DNA from: an uncultured Rhodospirillaceae bacterium
GTDB taxonomy: Bacteria; Pseudomonadota; Alphaproteobacteria; CAAGCB01; CAG-977
Direction: 5' to 3'
Assembly (NCBI GenBank): GCA_900553035.1
Contig: USCC01000001.1
Span: forward strand, 6,157-70,156
DNA: 64,000 nt
The first letter of the stretch is position 1, and each line of letters starts with the position of its first letter. Below are positions 12,573 to 20,440 of the stretch, piece after piece. The notes beneath the pieces were generated by a model, which was given only the letters and a program-made list of their open reading frames with translations, was not told where the DNA came from and did no database searches. The translations under genes were made by a program, and so were the position numbers.

Positions 12573-13955
12573 TTACAGAGAAAGGGAACGGCGCAGTCCC
12601 TCCACCTCGTCGCGGAAAGAAGCGTCCTCACCCATCATTTCCTCAACTTTGCGCACCGCGTGGATGACCGTCGTATGGTCACGGTCGAATTTGCGCCCGA
12701 TTTCAGGCAGTGAACGCGGCGTCAGCGTTTTCGACAGGAACATCGCCACCTGACGCGGACGGGCGACGTTGCGCTCCCGCCGTTTTGACTGCATTTCGGA
12801 AATACGGATGTTGTAATGCTCGGCCACCTTGCGCTGGATTTCCTCAATCGTCACACGGCGATCCAGAACATTCAGGACGTCGCGCAGAATCTCGCGCGTC
12901 CGGTCCAGAGTCACCGAGCCTCCCATCAGCTGGACATGCGAAGCCACCCGAATCAAAGCCCCTTCCAGCTCCCGGACGCTGGAAGTCATTTTCTCGGCCA
13001 GGAATTCAATGACATCCTGCGGGATGAAGACCCCCAAAGACTGCGCTTTTGTTTCCAGAATGCCCAGCCGGAGTTCATACGTCGTCGGATGAATGTCCGC
13101 CACCAACCCCGACCCCAGACGCGTTTTCAGACGATCCTCAATACCTTCCAGATTAACGGGCGGCTTGTCGGCCGACAGAACGATCTGTTTGCCCTGATCA
13201 ACCAGAGCGTTGAACGTATGGAAAAATTCCTCCTGTGTATTTTCCTTGCCGATCAGAAACTGGACGTCGTCAATCATCAGGACGTCAACGGCGCGGAGCT
13301 GTTCCTTGAACGAAAAAGTGTCCTTGAACCGAATGGCGCGGATAAAGCGGTACATGAATTTTTCAGCGGACAGGTAGACCACTTTGCGCGACGGATTGCG
13401 TTCCCGGATGTGCCATGCAATCGAATGCATCAGATGCGTCTTGCCCAGACCCACTCCCGAATAAAGATACAGGGGATTAAAGGAAACGGCATCGGATTCG
13501 GCCACCCGGCGGGCGGCGGCATAAGCGAACTCGTTCGGCTTTCCGACCACAAAATTATCGAACGTGAAGCGGGGATCCAACGCTGCGGACAGGTCATCCT
13601 TTTCAGCCGGTTCGGGCATATCGGGCACTTCGGCGGGCTGAGGTTCGGCAACCGTCGGAGCGGCGTATGAATTTGGCAGAGCGGACGCCGTGGGACGACC
13701 GACATCAAAAACAAGAGACTCGATCTCCGGATTGTGTTCCCGCCAGATTTCGGACACATCATCGGCAAAATGGCGCACAATATAGTCGCGCATAAAACGC
13801 GTCGGAAGATACAGCGACAGGATACCGTCGCGGAAACCGCCCAGCGCCATCGGTTCCAGCCAGCTTTCAAACGCGGAATCGCCGACCTTCCGGCGCAAAT
13901 CCCGGCACACGAACTGCCATTGCTCCATCAATGTTTCCATTTTCTGTTCAGCCAT
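12573..13955 (-). CDS. dnaA: chromosomal replication initiator protein DnaA
   Basis: 460 aa. AAA+ Walker A YSGVGLGKTHLMH, LLIDDVQFL, and the domain IV helix-turn-helix SLPEIGRKFDRDHTTVIHAVRKV. Confidence 0.97.
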   Translation of the reverse strand: MAEQKMETLMEQWQFVCRDLRRKVGDSAFESWLEPMALGGFRDGILSLYLPTRFMRDYIVRHFADDVSEIWREHNPEIESLVFDVGRPTASALPNSYAAPTVAEPQPAEVPDMPEPAEKDDLSAALDPRFTFDNFVVGKPNEFAYAAARRVAESDAVSFNPLYLYSGVGLGKTHLMHSIAWHIRERNPSRKVVYLSAEKFMYRFIRAIRFKDTFSFKEQLRAVDVLMIDDVQFLIGKENTQEEFFHTFNALVDQGKQIVLSADKPPVNLEGIEDRLKTRLGSGLVADIHPTTYELRLGILETKAQSLGVFIPQDVIEFLAEKMTSSVRELEGALIRVASHVQLMGGSVTLDRTREILRDVLNVLDRRVTIEEIQRKVAEHYNIRISEMQSKRRERNVARPRQVAMFLSKTLTPRSLPEIGRKFDRDHTTVIHAVRKVEEMMGEDASFRDEVEGLRRSLSL

Positions 13956-14014
13956 CGTTTAAAAGCCCTGGTTTTTATGAAAAAGAATCGAAACTGTCCC
14001 GATTCTGTGCCGTG

Positions 14015-14043
14015 ATACTAGCGGCACCGGTGCCGAAAGGCAA
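14015..14043 (-). promoter_or_regulatory. candidate dnaA promoter with a palindromic spacer
   Basis: On the minus strand: TTGCCT (14043-14038), a 17-nt spacer, then TAGTAT (14020-14015). The spacer contains the perfect 14-bp palindrome CGGCACCGGTGCCG. Confidence 0.4.
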
Positions 14044-14148
14044 CAGACGAAGGCGCCGAAAAATAAATAAAAAGGCTTGACTCAACATCTTGTACCGGCG
14101 CCGCCTGAAACCCCTATTTCTCTACAGCTTCAGGGGAATCAGAATCCG

Positions 14149-14157
14149 TTTTCCACA
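14149..14157 (+). promoter_or_regulatory. single DnaA-box-like 9-mer upstream of dnaA
   Basis: TTTTCCACA fits the relaxed TTWTNCACA consensus, one mismatch from TTATCCACA. It is the only such match I found in the intergenic regions I scanned by eye. Confidence 0.35.
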
Positions 14158-14165
14158 ACCCGGGC

Positions 14166-14208
14166 AAACAAAAAGCAGACTGCTGAAAAACAGTCTGCCT
14201 TGTTTTTT
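14166..14208 (-). terminator. rho-independent terminator after rpsT (bidirectional shape)
   Basis: Stem GCAGACTG / CAGTCTGC (14175-14198) with an A-run on one side and a T-run on the other. Confidence 0.7.
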
Positions 14209-14253
14209 ATCGACAGCCTTGCCCGGCCCCGTTCCGGAACGACCGGCGGCGGA

Positions 14254-14517
14254 CTATCCCAGCGCCTTGATGCGCGCGGACAGGCGGGAAACCTTGCGGG
14301 AAGCCGTATTCTGGTGCATCGTGCCCTTGGAAACGGCGCGCATGATTTCGGATTCAGCCGTACGGAAAGCTTCCTGAGCTGCTGCCTTATCGCCTTTTTC
14401 CACAGCCGTCGTCACCTTTTTCATAAAGGTGCGGACGCGGCTCATCCGGGCGCTGTTGACAGCGGCGCAGCGGGCATTGCGGCGAATACGTTTTTTAGAC
14501 GACAGATGATTAGCCAT
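14254..14517 (-). CDS. rpsT: 30S ribosomal protein S20
   Basis: 87 aa. MANHLSSKKRIRRN...RKVSRLSARIKAL is typical of S20. Confidence 0.95.
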   Translation of the reverse strand: MANHLSSKKRIRRNARCAAVNSARMSRVRTFMKKVTTAVEKGDKAAAQEAFRTAESEIMRAVSKGTMHQNTASRKVSRLSARIKALG

Positions 14518-14594
14518 TTTTTAAATCCTGCTTTCTTTCATAGAACCAAGGTAGGTTTTATATAATTAAACCGTCCCGGCGTCAAGCGATTAAA

Positions 14595-15368
14595 CTATTT
14601 ATGCACAAATTTCGGCGCGCGCTTTTCAACCAGAGCCGCCAGCCCTTCATGGGCATCGGCCGACATCAGCGACAGGCGAGCCATCGCTTCCTCGGCCTTT
14701 GCCGCCGTCTGCGGGCATTCCGCCCCGGCCAGCACCGCCTGTTTTGCCAGCACAATCCCCGCCGCCGGCAGCGCCGCGATACGCTCGGCGGTCTGAAGCG
14801 CTTCGGCAACAACGTCCGCCGAATCGACAATACGGGACACCAAACCGCATGACGCCGCTTCTTCGGCGGAAATGTGACGGCCGGTCAGCACCATTTCCAT
14901 GGCTTTCGGCCTTCCGATCCGGGCCGCCAAGCGCGAAACGCCGCCCATCTGCGGCAAAATACCCAAGGTCAGTTCAGGAAAACCGAAACGGGCGTTTTCC
15001 GCCGCAATAACAATATCGCTCATCAGGACAAGTTCCAACCCGCCCCCGAACGCATAACCGGCCACTGCGGCGACAATCGGTTTGCGGCATTCCGAAATCC
15101 GGTCTGCCGTCCGGCCGTACAGACCTTCCCGAACCAGTTCAGCGCTTTGACGGGTCGCAAATTCGGACATGTCCGTTCCTGCGGCAAAAAAGGCTTCGCC
15201 GCCCTTCAGGACAATACAGCGCACCGATTCCTCGGCATCCAGCTGGGCGGCGGCGTCTGCCAGTTCGTACAGCATGGCGGCACAGACGGCATTCATGGAC
15301 GCCGGACGGTTCAGACCGATGACGCCGATTGAACCGTTGTTTTCCACCGTGATTGTTTCAAAACTCAT
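14595..15368 (-). CDS. enoyl-CoA hydratase/isomerase (crotonase) family protein
   Basis: 257 aa. Crotonase-fold motifs FFAAGTDM and AAVAGYAFGGGLELVLMSDIVIAAE. Confidence 0.88.
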   Translation of the reverse strand: MSFETITVENNGSIGVIGLNRPASMNAVCAAMLYELADAAAQLDAEESVRCIVLKGGEAFFAAGTDMSEFATRQSAELVREGLYGRTADRISECRKPIVAAVAGYAFGGGLELVLMSDIVIAAENARFGFPELTLGILPQMGGVSRLAARIGRPKAMEMVLTGRHISAEEAASCGLVSRIVDSADVVAEALQTAERIAALPAAGIVLAKQAVLAGAECPQTAAKAEEAMARLSLMSADAHEGLAALVEKRAPKFVHK

Positions 15369-15382
15369 AGCCTTATCCTTCT

Positions 15383-15760
15383 TTACTGCGTCGTCAGTTC
15401 AAAGCGGACGACGACGGGCTCTCCGTTTTCCACGGAAATGTCCAGCGTTTCGCCGTCGCGGGAATATGATGCGGCCGCGCTTGTATCTTTTTGTTTCTTC
15501 AGCTTTTTCCATCCCAGTTGCGGCAGTGTCCGATCGTAAAACGCGATGATTTTCTTTTTTTCGACCTTCGGGCTTTCGGCATATGCTTCAATGATTCGTC
15601 CTGCGGGCGTGTCGAATGACACCGACGCGTCGTCCTGCTGAATCAGGCCGTTCATCAGGGGAAGATCTTCGAAACCGGACATGAACGCCGTCCCCTCCGC
15701 TTTGACGGGCAGAGCGGAAGCCAGGAAAAAAACGGCGCATAAGACAACATTTTTAATCAT
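15383..15760 (-). CDS. small secreted hypothetical protein
   Basis: 125 aa with an N-terminal signal peptide MIKNVVLCAVFFLASALPVKAEG. I recognise no family. Confidence 0.6.
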   Translation of the reverse strand: MIKNVVLCAVFFLASALPVKAEGTAFMSGFEDLPLMNGLIQQDDASVSFDTPAGRIIEAYAESPKVEKKKIIAFYDRTLPQLGWKKLKKQKDTSAAASYSRDGETLDISVENGEPVVVRFELTTQ

Positions 15761-15834
15761 ATTTCGTTTTTACATCATTTTTTAAAGCATCTCACCATAA
15801 AAATACTGCGGAAAGAAGAATACTTCGTTATGAT

Positions 15835-17226
15835 TTGAAAAAACAGGCCGCTTCACGGGCCTTCGGAAAGGAAAAAAGCGTGTCTTCCCGCTCCTGTTTC
15901 ACATCGCTTCATCGTTTCGGACGGCATCTGGCCGCTTATGGCGTACAGACGTATCTGTCTTTTCTGCCGCGTTCGTTTTTTCTGACGCGGCCGGCGCGGC
16001 GCACGGTTTCCGTTCCCCCCGGAACAGCGGAGGAACGTCTGGCCGCCGCGCTGGAATCCACGGGAAGCGCTCCGGCCCTTTCCTTTGCCCGGTTTCTGGC
16101 TCTTTATCCGGAATATGCGGGAACGGCGGCTCCGTTCCTTGCCCGGCTGAAAAACCTTCCGCTTCCATCACGCTCACCGGAGGAAATCGGGCGGCTTCCA
16201 GACGGTGCAGAGGAACAGCGCAGGGAATTGCTTGCCTTTCTTTACGGAGCGGCCGCGCGGCTTGACCGCAAAAGGAAAAGCCGGGATGCCGGCGCTTTTA
16301 TCGAAATGTTCGAACGTTTTTCCGCCGCGGAGACCGATATGCGGCTTGAAGGCGCTTCCATGGAGCGTTTCAGGGATAATTTTTATGAAGACGATCTGTT
16401 TTCCGTCCCGGAGATCGACTGGATCCGGACATCTGAAAAGACGTTATACGCCGTCGAAATGCCGGAAATGCGCCCGCCGGCTCGAAGGGACGCCGGCACG
16501 GCTTCAAGGCTGGCGCGGATTTTCGCGCTGATGATTTTCAGAGACGGCTTTTTTGTGCCTTTTGATTCCGGGAACTGGGGTCTTTCCGCAGACGGGCGTC
16601 TTTTCCTGAAACGATGTCCGGTGTCTGTCCGCCTGTCTGCCCCGGAACGCCGCTTTCTTTCCTTTTTTCTTCCCGCCCTTCAGAAGCGTGATTTCCCGCA
16701 GGCGGCCAAAGCGCTTTTCAAGGCCGGTTTTCTGCCGCCTCTGACGTCTCTTCTGACGCTGTCCCGTACACTTGAGGCCACGGCCGAAGCGGCGGAGGCC
16801 TCATCCGCCGCCGTTCGGGCGGAACACTTAAGCGGTGTTCTGACGAAAGCGGGCGTCTGTCTTCCGCCTTCAATGCGTGTTCTGAAAAATCTTTTAAAGG
16901 ATATGGAAGACTTCGGCGGAGAACATGTCTGGGAAAATGCCGCCGACGTTTATGCGGATTACGTTTCCCGCGGCGAGCACGTTTTTGCGGAAAAGGCCGG
17001 AGAGTTTCTTTCCCCCAGTCTGGCCATGCCCGAGCTCCGAGCTTTAAGCAATTCCGTCCGCGGGCGGAAAATGAACAATTTCGTCACGGATCCGGCCAAA
17101 ATACCCGAAATGATAAAAAGAGGCGAAACCGGCTATGCCTTTCGCCCCCGCAAAACCTCTCCCGACTGGAAAATCATTGTGCCGCTTCTGGCTCTGGCCG
17201 CCCTGCTGTGGGCTCGTTTTTCCTAA
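15835..17226 (+). CDS. UbiB/ABC1-family homologue with degenerate kinase motifs (putative pseudokinase)
   Basis: 463-aa ORF that opens at a TTG. A GTG at 15880 preceded by AAGGA is an alternative start. Blocks DMRLEGASMERFRDNF...VPEIDWIRTSEKTL and FRDGFF...GNW are co-linear with UbiB, and there is a C-terminal TM helix IIVPLLALAALLWARF. The catalytic motifs are absent (see finding). Confidence 0.6.
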   Translation: MKKQAASRAFGKEKSVSSRSCFTSLHRFGRHLAAYGVQTYLSFLPRSFFLTRPARRTVSVPPGTAEERLAAALESTGSAPALSFARFLALYPEYAGTAAPFLARLKNLPLPSRSPEEIGRLPDGAEEQRRELLAFLYGAAARLDRKRKSRDAGAFIEMFERFSAAETDMRLEGASMERFRDNFYEDDLFSVPEIDWIRTSEKTLYAVEMPEMRPPARRDAGTASRLARIFALMIFRDGFFVPFDSGNWGLSADGRLFLKRCPVSVRLSAPERRFLSFFLPALQKRDFPQAAKALFKAGFLPPLTSLLTLSRTLEATAEAAEASSAAVRAEHLSGVLTKAGVCLPPSMRVLKNLLKDMEDFGGEHVWENAADVYADYVSRGEHVFAEKAGEFLSPSLAMPELRALSNSVRGRKMNNFVTDPAKIPEMIKRGETGYAFRPRKTSPDWKIIVPLLALAALLWARFS

Positions 17227-17774
17227 AAAGACGGCAGGCGCGACCGTTCCGAAGCGCTCATGGCCTGATAAACCGCCTTGGCATTTGCCGTTGCGGTCGG
17301 AACGCCCAGATGTGCGGCCTGCAGATAATGAGTCCATGACTTGGTCAGATCCTGTTTCAGACCGGTTCCCGTCGCGTACATCCATGCCAGCAGTTCAACA
17401 GCTTCGACGTCACCGTTGTCCGAACGGCGGCGGATAATCTCCAGATCAAAGGGCGTCACACGTCCGCCGCGGACGTTTCCGACGATTTCGCCCCAATCCG
17501 ACGTTTCCTTCACCGGGGACAGAGCCTCGGCCTTCTGCGCGTCCAGAAAGGCTCCTTCCTTTTCATGCCATATTTTTTCCGTTTTGGATTCCGCCTTCTT
17601 AAACGCCAGAAGGGGCTTTTCCCCGGGACGGGACACAGCATAGTACGATGGAACGACACCATGGTTTTCATTCGCCAGGAGATTCCGGTACATCTGATCC
17701 GCCGTCAGGCCGAAAGCCCGAGCCTGCGGGAGGAAAAAACCGAAAGACAAAACAAAGACAAGTACGCGAAGCAT
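17223..17774 (-). CDS. secreted Sel1-like (TPR-type) repeat protein
   Basis: 183 aa. Signal peptide MLRVLVFVLSFGFFLPQARA and a C-terminal Sel1-like repeat AVELLAWMYATGTGLKQDLTKSWTHYLQAAHLG. Confidence 0.65.
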   Translation of the reverse strand: MLRVLVFVLSFGFFLPQARAFGLTADQMYRNLLANENHGVVPSYYAVSRPGEKPLLAFKKAESKTEKIWHEKEGAFLDAQKAEALSPVKETSDWGEIVGNVRGGRVTPFDLEIIRRRSDNGDVEAVELLAWMYATGTGLKQDLTKSWTHYLQAAHLGVPTATANAKAVYQAMSASERSRLPSF

Positions 17775-17807
17775 GACCGCTTGACCCCAGCTGTAAAAGA
17801 ATCAAGA

Positions 17808-17834
17808 TTGATTTCAAAACGTTTTATGTATAAT
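17808..17834 (+). promoter_or_regulatory. candidate dut promoter
   Basis: TTGATT (17808-17813), a 15-nt spacer, then a perfect TATAAT (17829-17834). The spacer is short. Confidence 0.3.
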
Positions 17835-17885
17835 GCTATAGGACATTTCCGTTCCGAAATCCAGTAAAATAGAAAGGATTTGTTA

Positions 17886-18335
17886 ATGAATCGCCCACTG
17901 ATTCCCATTGTCCGCCATACAAACGCCGTCGGGCTGCCGCTTCCGTCTTATGCAACGCCGCTGTCTTCGGGCATGGATCTGTATGCCGCCATCCCGTCAA
18001 TCATGCGTATCAATCCGCACGAACGGGAAGTCGTTCCCACGGGAATCAGCATCGCCCTTCCGCCGGACTGTGAAGCACAGATCCGCTCGCGCTCCGGTCT
18101 TGCCGCCCGGGAAGGCATCATGGTTCTGAACTCGCCCGGAACGATTGACGCCGACTACCGCGGCGAAATATCCGTTATCCTTTACAACACCAGCGACAAC
18201 ATTTTTATTCTGAAAAGAGGGATGAAAATCGCCCAGATGGTCATTGCGCCCGTTATCCGCATTGACTGGCACGAAATTAAAAATCTGGATGCGACACAGC
18301 GCGGAGCGGGCGGCTTCGGTTCGACGGGGGTCTGA
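17886..18335 (+). CDS. dut: dUTP diphosphatase
   Basis: SSGMDLYA, RSRSGLA, GTIDADYRGEI and GGFGSTG. ATG at 17886 is preceded by AAAGGA; the listed ORF opens two codons earlier at a TTG. Confidence 0.93.
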   Translation: MNRPLIPIVRHTNAVGLPLPSYATPLSSGMDLYAAIPSIMRINPHEREVVPTGISIALPPDCEAQIRSRSGLAAREGIMVLNSPGTIDADYRGEISVILYNTSDNIFILKRGMKIAQMVIAPVIRIDWHEIKNLDATQRGAGGFGSTGV

Positions 18336-18820
18336 TGATGAAGGCCTTTCTGTTGCTGTTCCTGATGGCTACCGCCGTGCCGGTTCCCTGTACCGCCGGG
18401 CCGACGGGGCTTCCCATTCCCCGCTTTGTTTCGCTCCGCTCCAACCAGGTGAACCTGCGGACGGGTCCCGGCATGCGCTATCCGGTCGAATGGGTTTACA
18501 TGAAAAGCGATCTGCCCGTCGAAATCACGGCTGAATTCGAGCACTGGCGCAAGATAAAGGATTGGGACGGGAAAGAAGGATGGGTGCATCGTCACATGCT
18601 GTCCGGACGGCGCACGGTACGTCTGAAACAGGAAGCGCTTCTTCTGCGCGCCCCGGCGGCAGACGCCCTTCCCGCCGCGAAAGCCGAAGCGGGCGTCACG
18701 GGACGTTTGATCCTATGCCCCGAAGGAATGAATTTCTGCAAAGTCGAATTCCACGATTTCCAGGGATGGGTTCCCCGGAAATCGCTTTGGGGCGTTTACC
18801 CCCGCGAAGTCTTTGAATAG
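18335..18820 (+). CDS. SH3-like domain protein (alphaproteobacterial COG3807/DUF1058 type), secreted
   Basis: 161 aa. Signal peptide, then PIPRFVSLRSNQVNLRTGPGMRYPVEWVY...WRKIKDWDGKEGWVH. The start overlaps the dut stop (TGATG). Confidence 0.8.
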   Translation: MMKAFLLLFLMATAVPVPCTAGPTGLPIPRFVSLRSNQVNLRTGPGMRYPVEWVYMKSDLPVEITAEFEHWRKIKDWDGKEGWVHRHMLSGRRTVRLKQEALLLRAPAADALPAAKAEAGVTGRLILCPEGMNFCKVEFHDFQGWVPRKSLWGVYPREVFE

Positions 18821-18826
18821 CGCCGT

Positions 18827-19264
18827 TCAGACGCTTCCGCCCCGCACGCGCACCAGAATTTCAATATCCGAAACGCTCAGATGCTCGGGAAAATCGGGCA
18901 GAACCTGCACAGCGATCATGTTTTCCGACACGTCTTCAACGCATCCGGAATCCTCGTAAAAAATATGACCATGCGGCTTGACGTTCGTATCGTAAAACGT
19001 CCGCCCGCCGCCGGTCACAATCTCACGCATGATGCCGACATCGCGGAACTGGTTCAAAGTGTTGTAGACCGTCGCAAGGGACAGGCTGATTCCGGCGGTT
19101 TTTGCTTCCTTGAAAAGTTCTTCGGCGGAAACGTGCCGGTTCCCGTGTTCAAATAAAAGACGGACAAGCCCCATTCTCTGGCGCGTCGGGCGCAGATTCG
19201 CACGGCGCAGAATATCGACGGCCCATGCAAAAGGCCGGGAATTTTTTCTCATTTGCGGCTCCAT
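18827..19264 (-). CDS. Fur-family transcriptional regulator (Fur/Irr-like)
   Basis: 145 aa. Winged-helix LRPTRQRMGLVRLL...HVSAEELF...ISLATVYNTLNQF and a His-rich HGHIFYED segment. There are no CxxC pairs. Confidence 0.85.
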   Translation of the reverse strand: MEPQMRKNSRPFAWAVDILRRANLRPTRQRMGLVRLLFEHGNRHVSAEELFKEAKTAGISLSLATVYNTLNQFRDVGIMREIVTGGGRTFYDTNVKPHGHIFYEDSGCVEDVSENMIAVQVLPDFPEHLSVSDIEILVRVRGGSV

Positions 19265-19346
19265 AATCTTCTTTAATATTATTATTGAATGTTTCTGTCA
19301 GGGTTTCAAGAATATTTTCAAAATACCCAATAACTCGTTGTTTTTC

Positions 19347-19399
19347 AATGATTCATAAAACAAGCTTGAAGGAAGGATCCTTTAAGCGAATAATGATTC
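19347..19399. promoter_or_regulatory. two copies of AATGATTC in Fur-box-like contexts
   Basis: TCAATGATTCAT (AATGATTC at 19347-19354) and GAATAATGATTC (AATGATTC at 19392-19399) sit 45 bp apart in the AT-rich spacer between the Fur-family gene and the methyltransferase gene. They partly match the GATAATGATAATCATTATC consensus. Confidence 0.3.
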
Positions 19400-19448
19400 C
19401 TGACAGACTTTCCGCCCATGCGGAAATAAACAGGAATGCTTGGAAACA

Positions 19449-20183
19449 ATGAAACAGAATAAATACGATGACGAACGTTTTTTCAATAAGTACAGCCAAA
19501 TGGAGCGATCAAGGAAAGGATTGAAAGGCGCGGGTGAATGGCATACGCTGGCAAAAATGTTGCCGGATTTTCGGGGAAAGCGCGTTCTGGATCTGGGATG
19601 CGGCTTTGGATGGCATTGCCGGTATGCCGCCGAAAACGGAGCCCTTTCCGTCCTGGGTCTTGACCTTTCGGAAAAAATGCTGGAACGGGCGCGCCGGGAA
19701 ACGTCCTCTCCCGTCATCAGCTATTGCCGCCGGCCGATTGAAGATTTCGATTTTCCGGAAAACGCCTTTGATCTTGTTTTAAGCTCCCTTGCGTTCCATT
19801 ACATTGCCTCTTTTGATGACATCTGCCGGAAAGTCAGCCGCACTCTGACCGTCGGGGGTGATTTCGTCTTTTCGGCGGAACATCCCGTCTTTACGGCCCA
19901 GGGAAGCCAGGAGTGGCTTCGGGATGTGTCCGGGACGCCGATCTGCTGGCCGGTCGATCACTATTTCGAGGAAGGCGTCCGGACGGCGAACTTCCTGGGG
20001 GAAGAGGTGACAAAATACCACCGCACTCTGACAACTTATATTTCCGGCCTGATCCGCAACGGTTTTGAACTGACGGGTTTTGCGGAACCAAAGCCTGATT
20101 CACAGCTTCTGGAAACCGTCCCGGGCATGCGGGATGAGCTTCGGCGCCCGATGATGCTTATCCTTGCCGCCCGGAAGAAATAA
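19449..20183 (+). CDS. class I SAM-dependent methyltransferase
   Basis: MKQNKYDDERFFNKYSQMERS... with SAM motif I VLDLGCGFGW. ATG at 19449; the listed ORF opens at a TTG at 19440. Confidence 0.85.
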   Translation: MKQNKYDDERFFNKYSQMERSRKGLKGAGEWHTLAKMLPDFRGKRVLDLGCGFGWHCRYAAENGALSVLGLDLSEKMLERARRETSSPVISYCRRPIEDFDFPENAFDLVLSSLAFHYIASFDDICRKVSRTLTVGGDFVFSAEHPVFTAQGSQEWLRDVSGTPICWPVDHYFEEGVRTANFLGEEVTKYHRTLTTYISGLIRNGFELTGFAEPKPDSQLLETVPGMRDELRRPMMLILAARKK

Positions 20184-20212
20184 GCACCTCGTTGCTACAG
20201 CTGTCCCCTTTT

Positions 20213-20393
20213 GAGCGGACTTTAACACTCCGACGCTGTGCCAGACCGGTTGAAGGCGTTTCAGTTCTCTCCACCGGCTTTCCGGGCGCTCTGTCTTCCG
20301 ACCTCTGATCCCGCCGTCATGTGATTATCACCCCGCCTCAATAACAGCGTTTTGAGTATTCCGAACGGCGCCCCGCAGGCCGACCGTCCGCTC
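20213..20393. ncRNA. candidate structured small RNA (family unknown, strand undetermined)
   Basis: Non-coding spacer between convergent genes. Nested complementary segments: 20213-20220/20386-20393, 20227-20239/20344-20357 and 20250-20258/20334-20341. A terminator hairpin follows directly. See finding. Confidence 0.25.
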
Positions 20394-20423
20394 AGAAAAA
20401 AAAGCGCCGTTTCCGGCGCTTTT
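20394..20423 (-). terminator. bidirectional rho-independent terminator
   Basis: Stem GCGCCG / CGGCGC (20404-20419) with loop TTTC. It is preceded by A10 (a long T-run on the minus strand, serving the 20441-21835 gene) and followed by TTTTCGCTTTC on the plus strand. Confidence 0.75.
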
Positions 20424-20440
20424 CGCTTTCACAAAATCAC

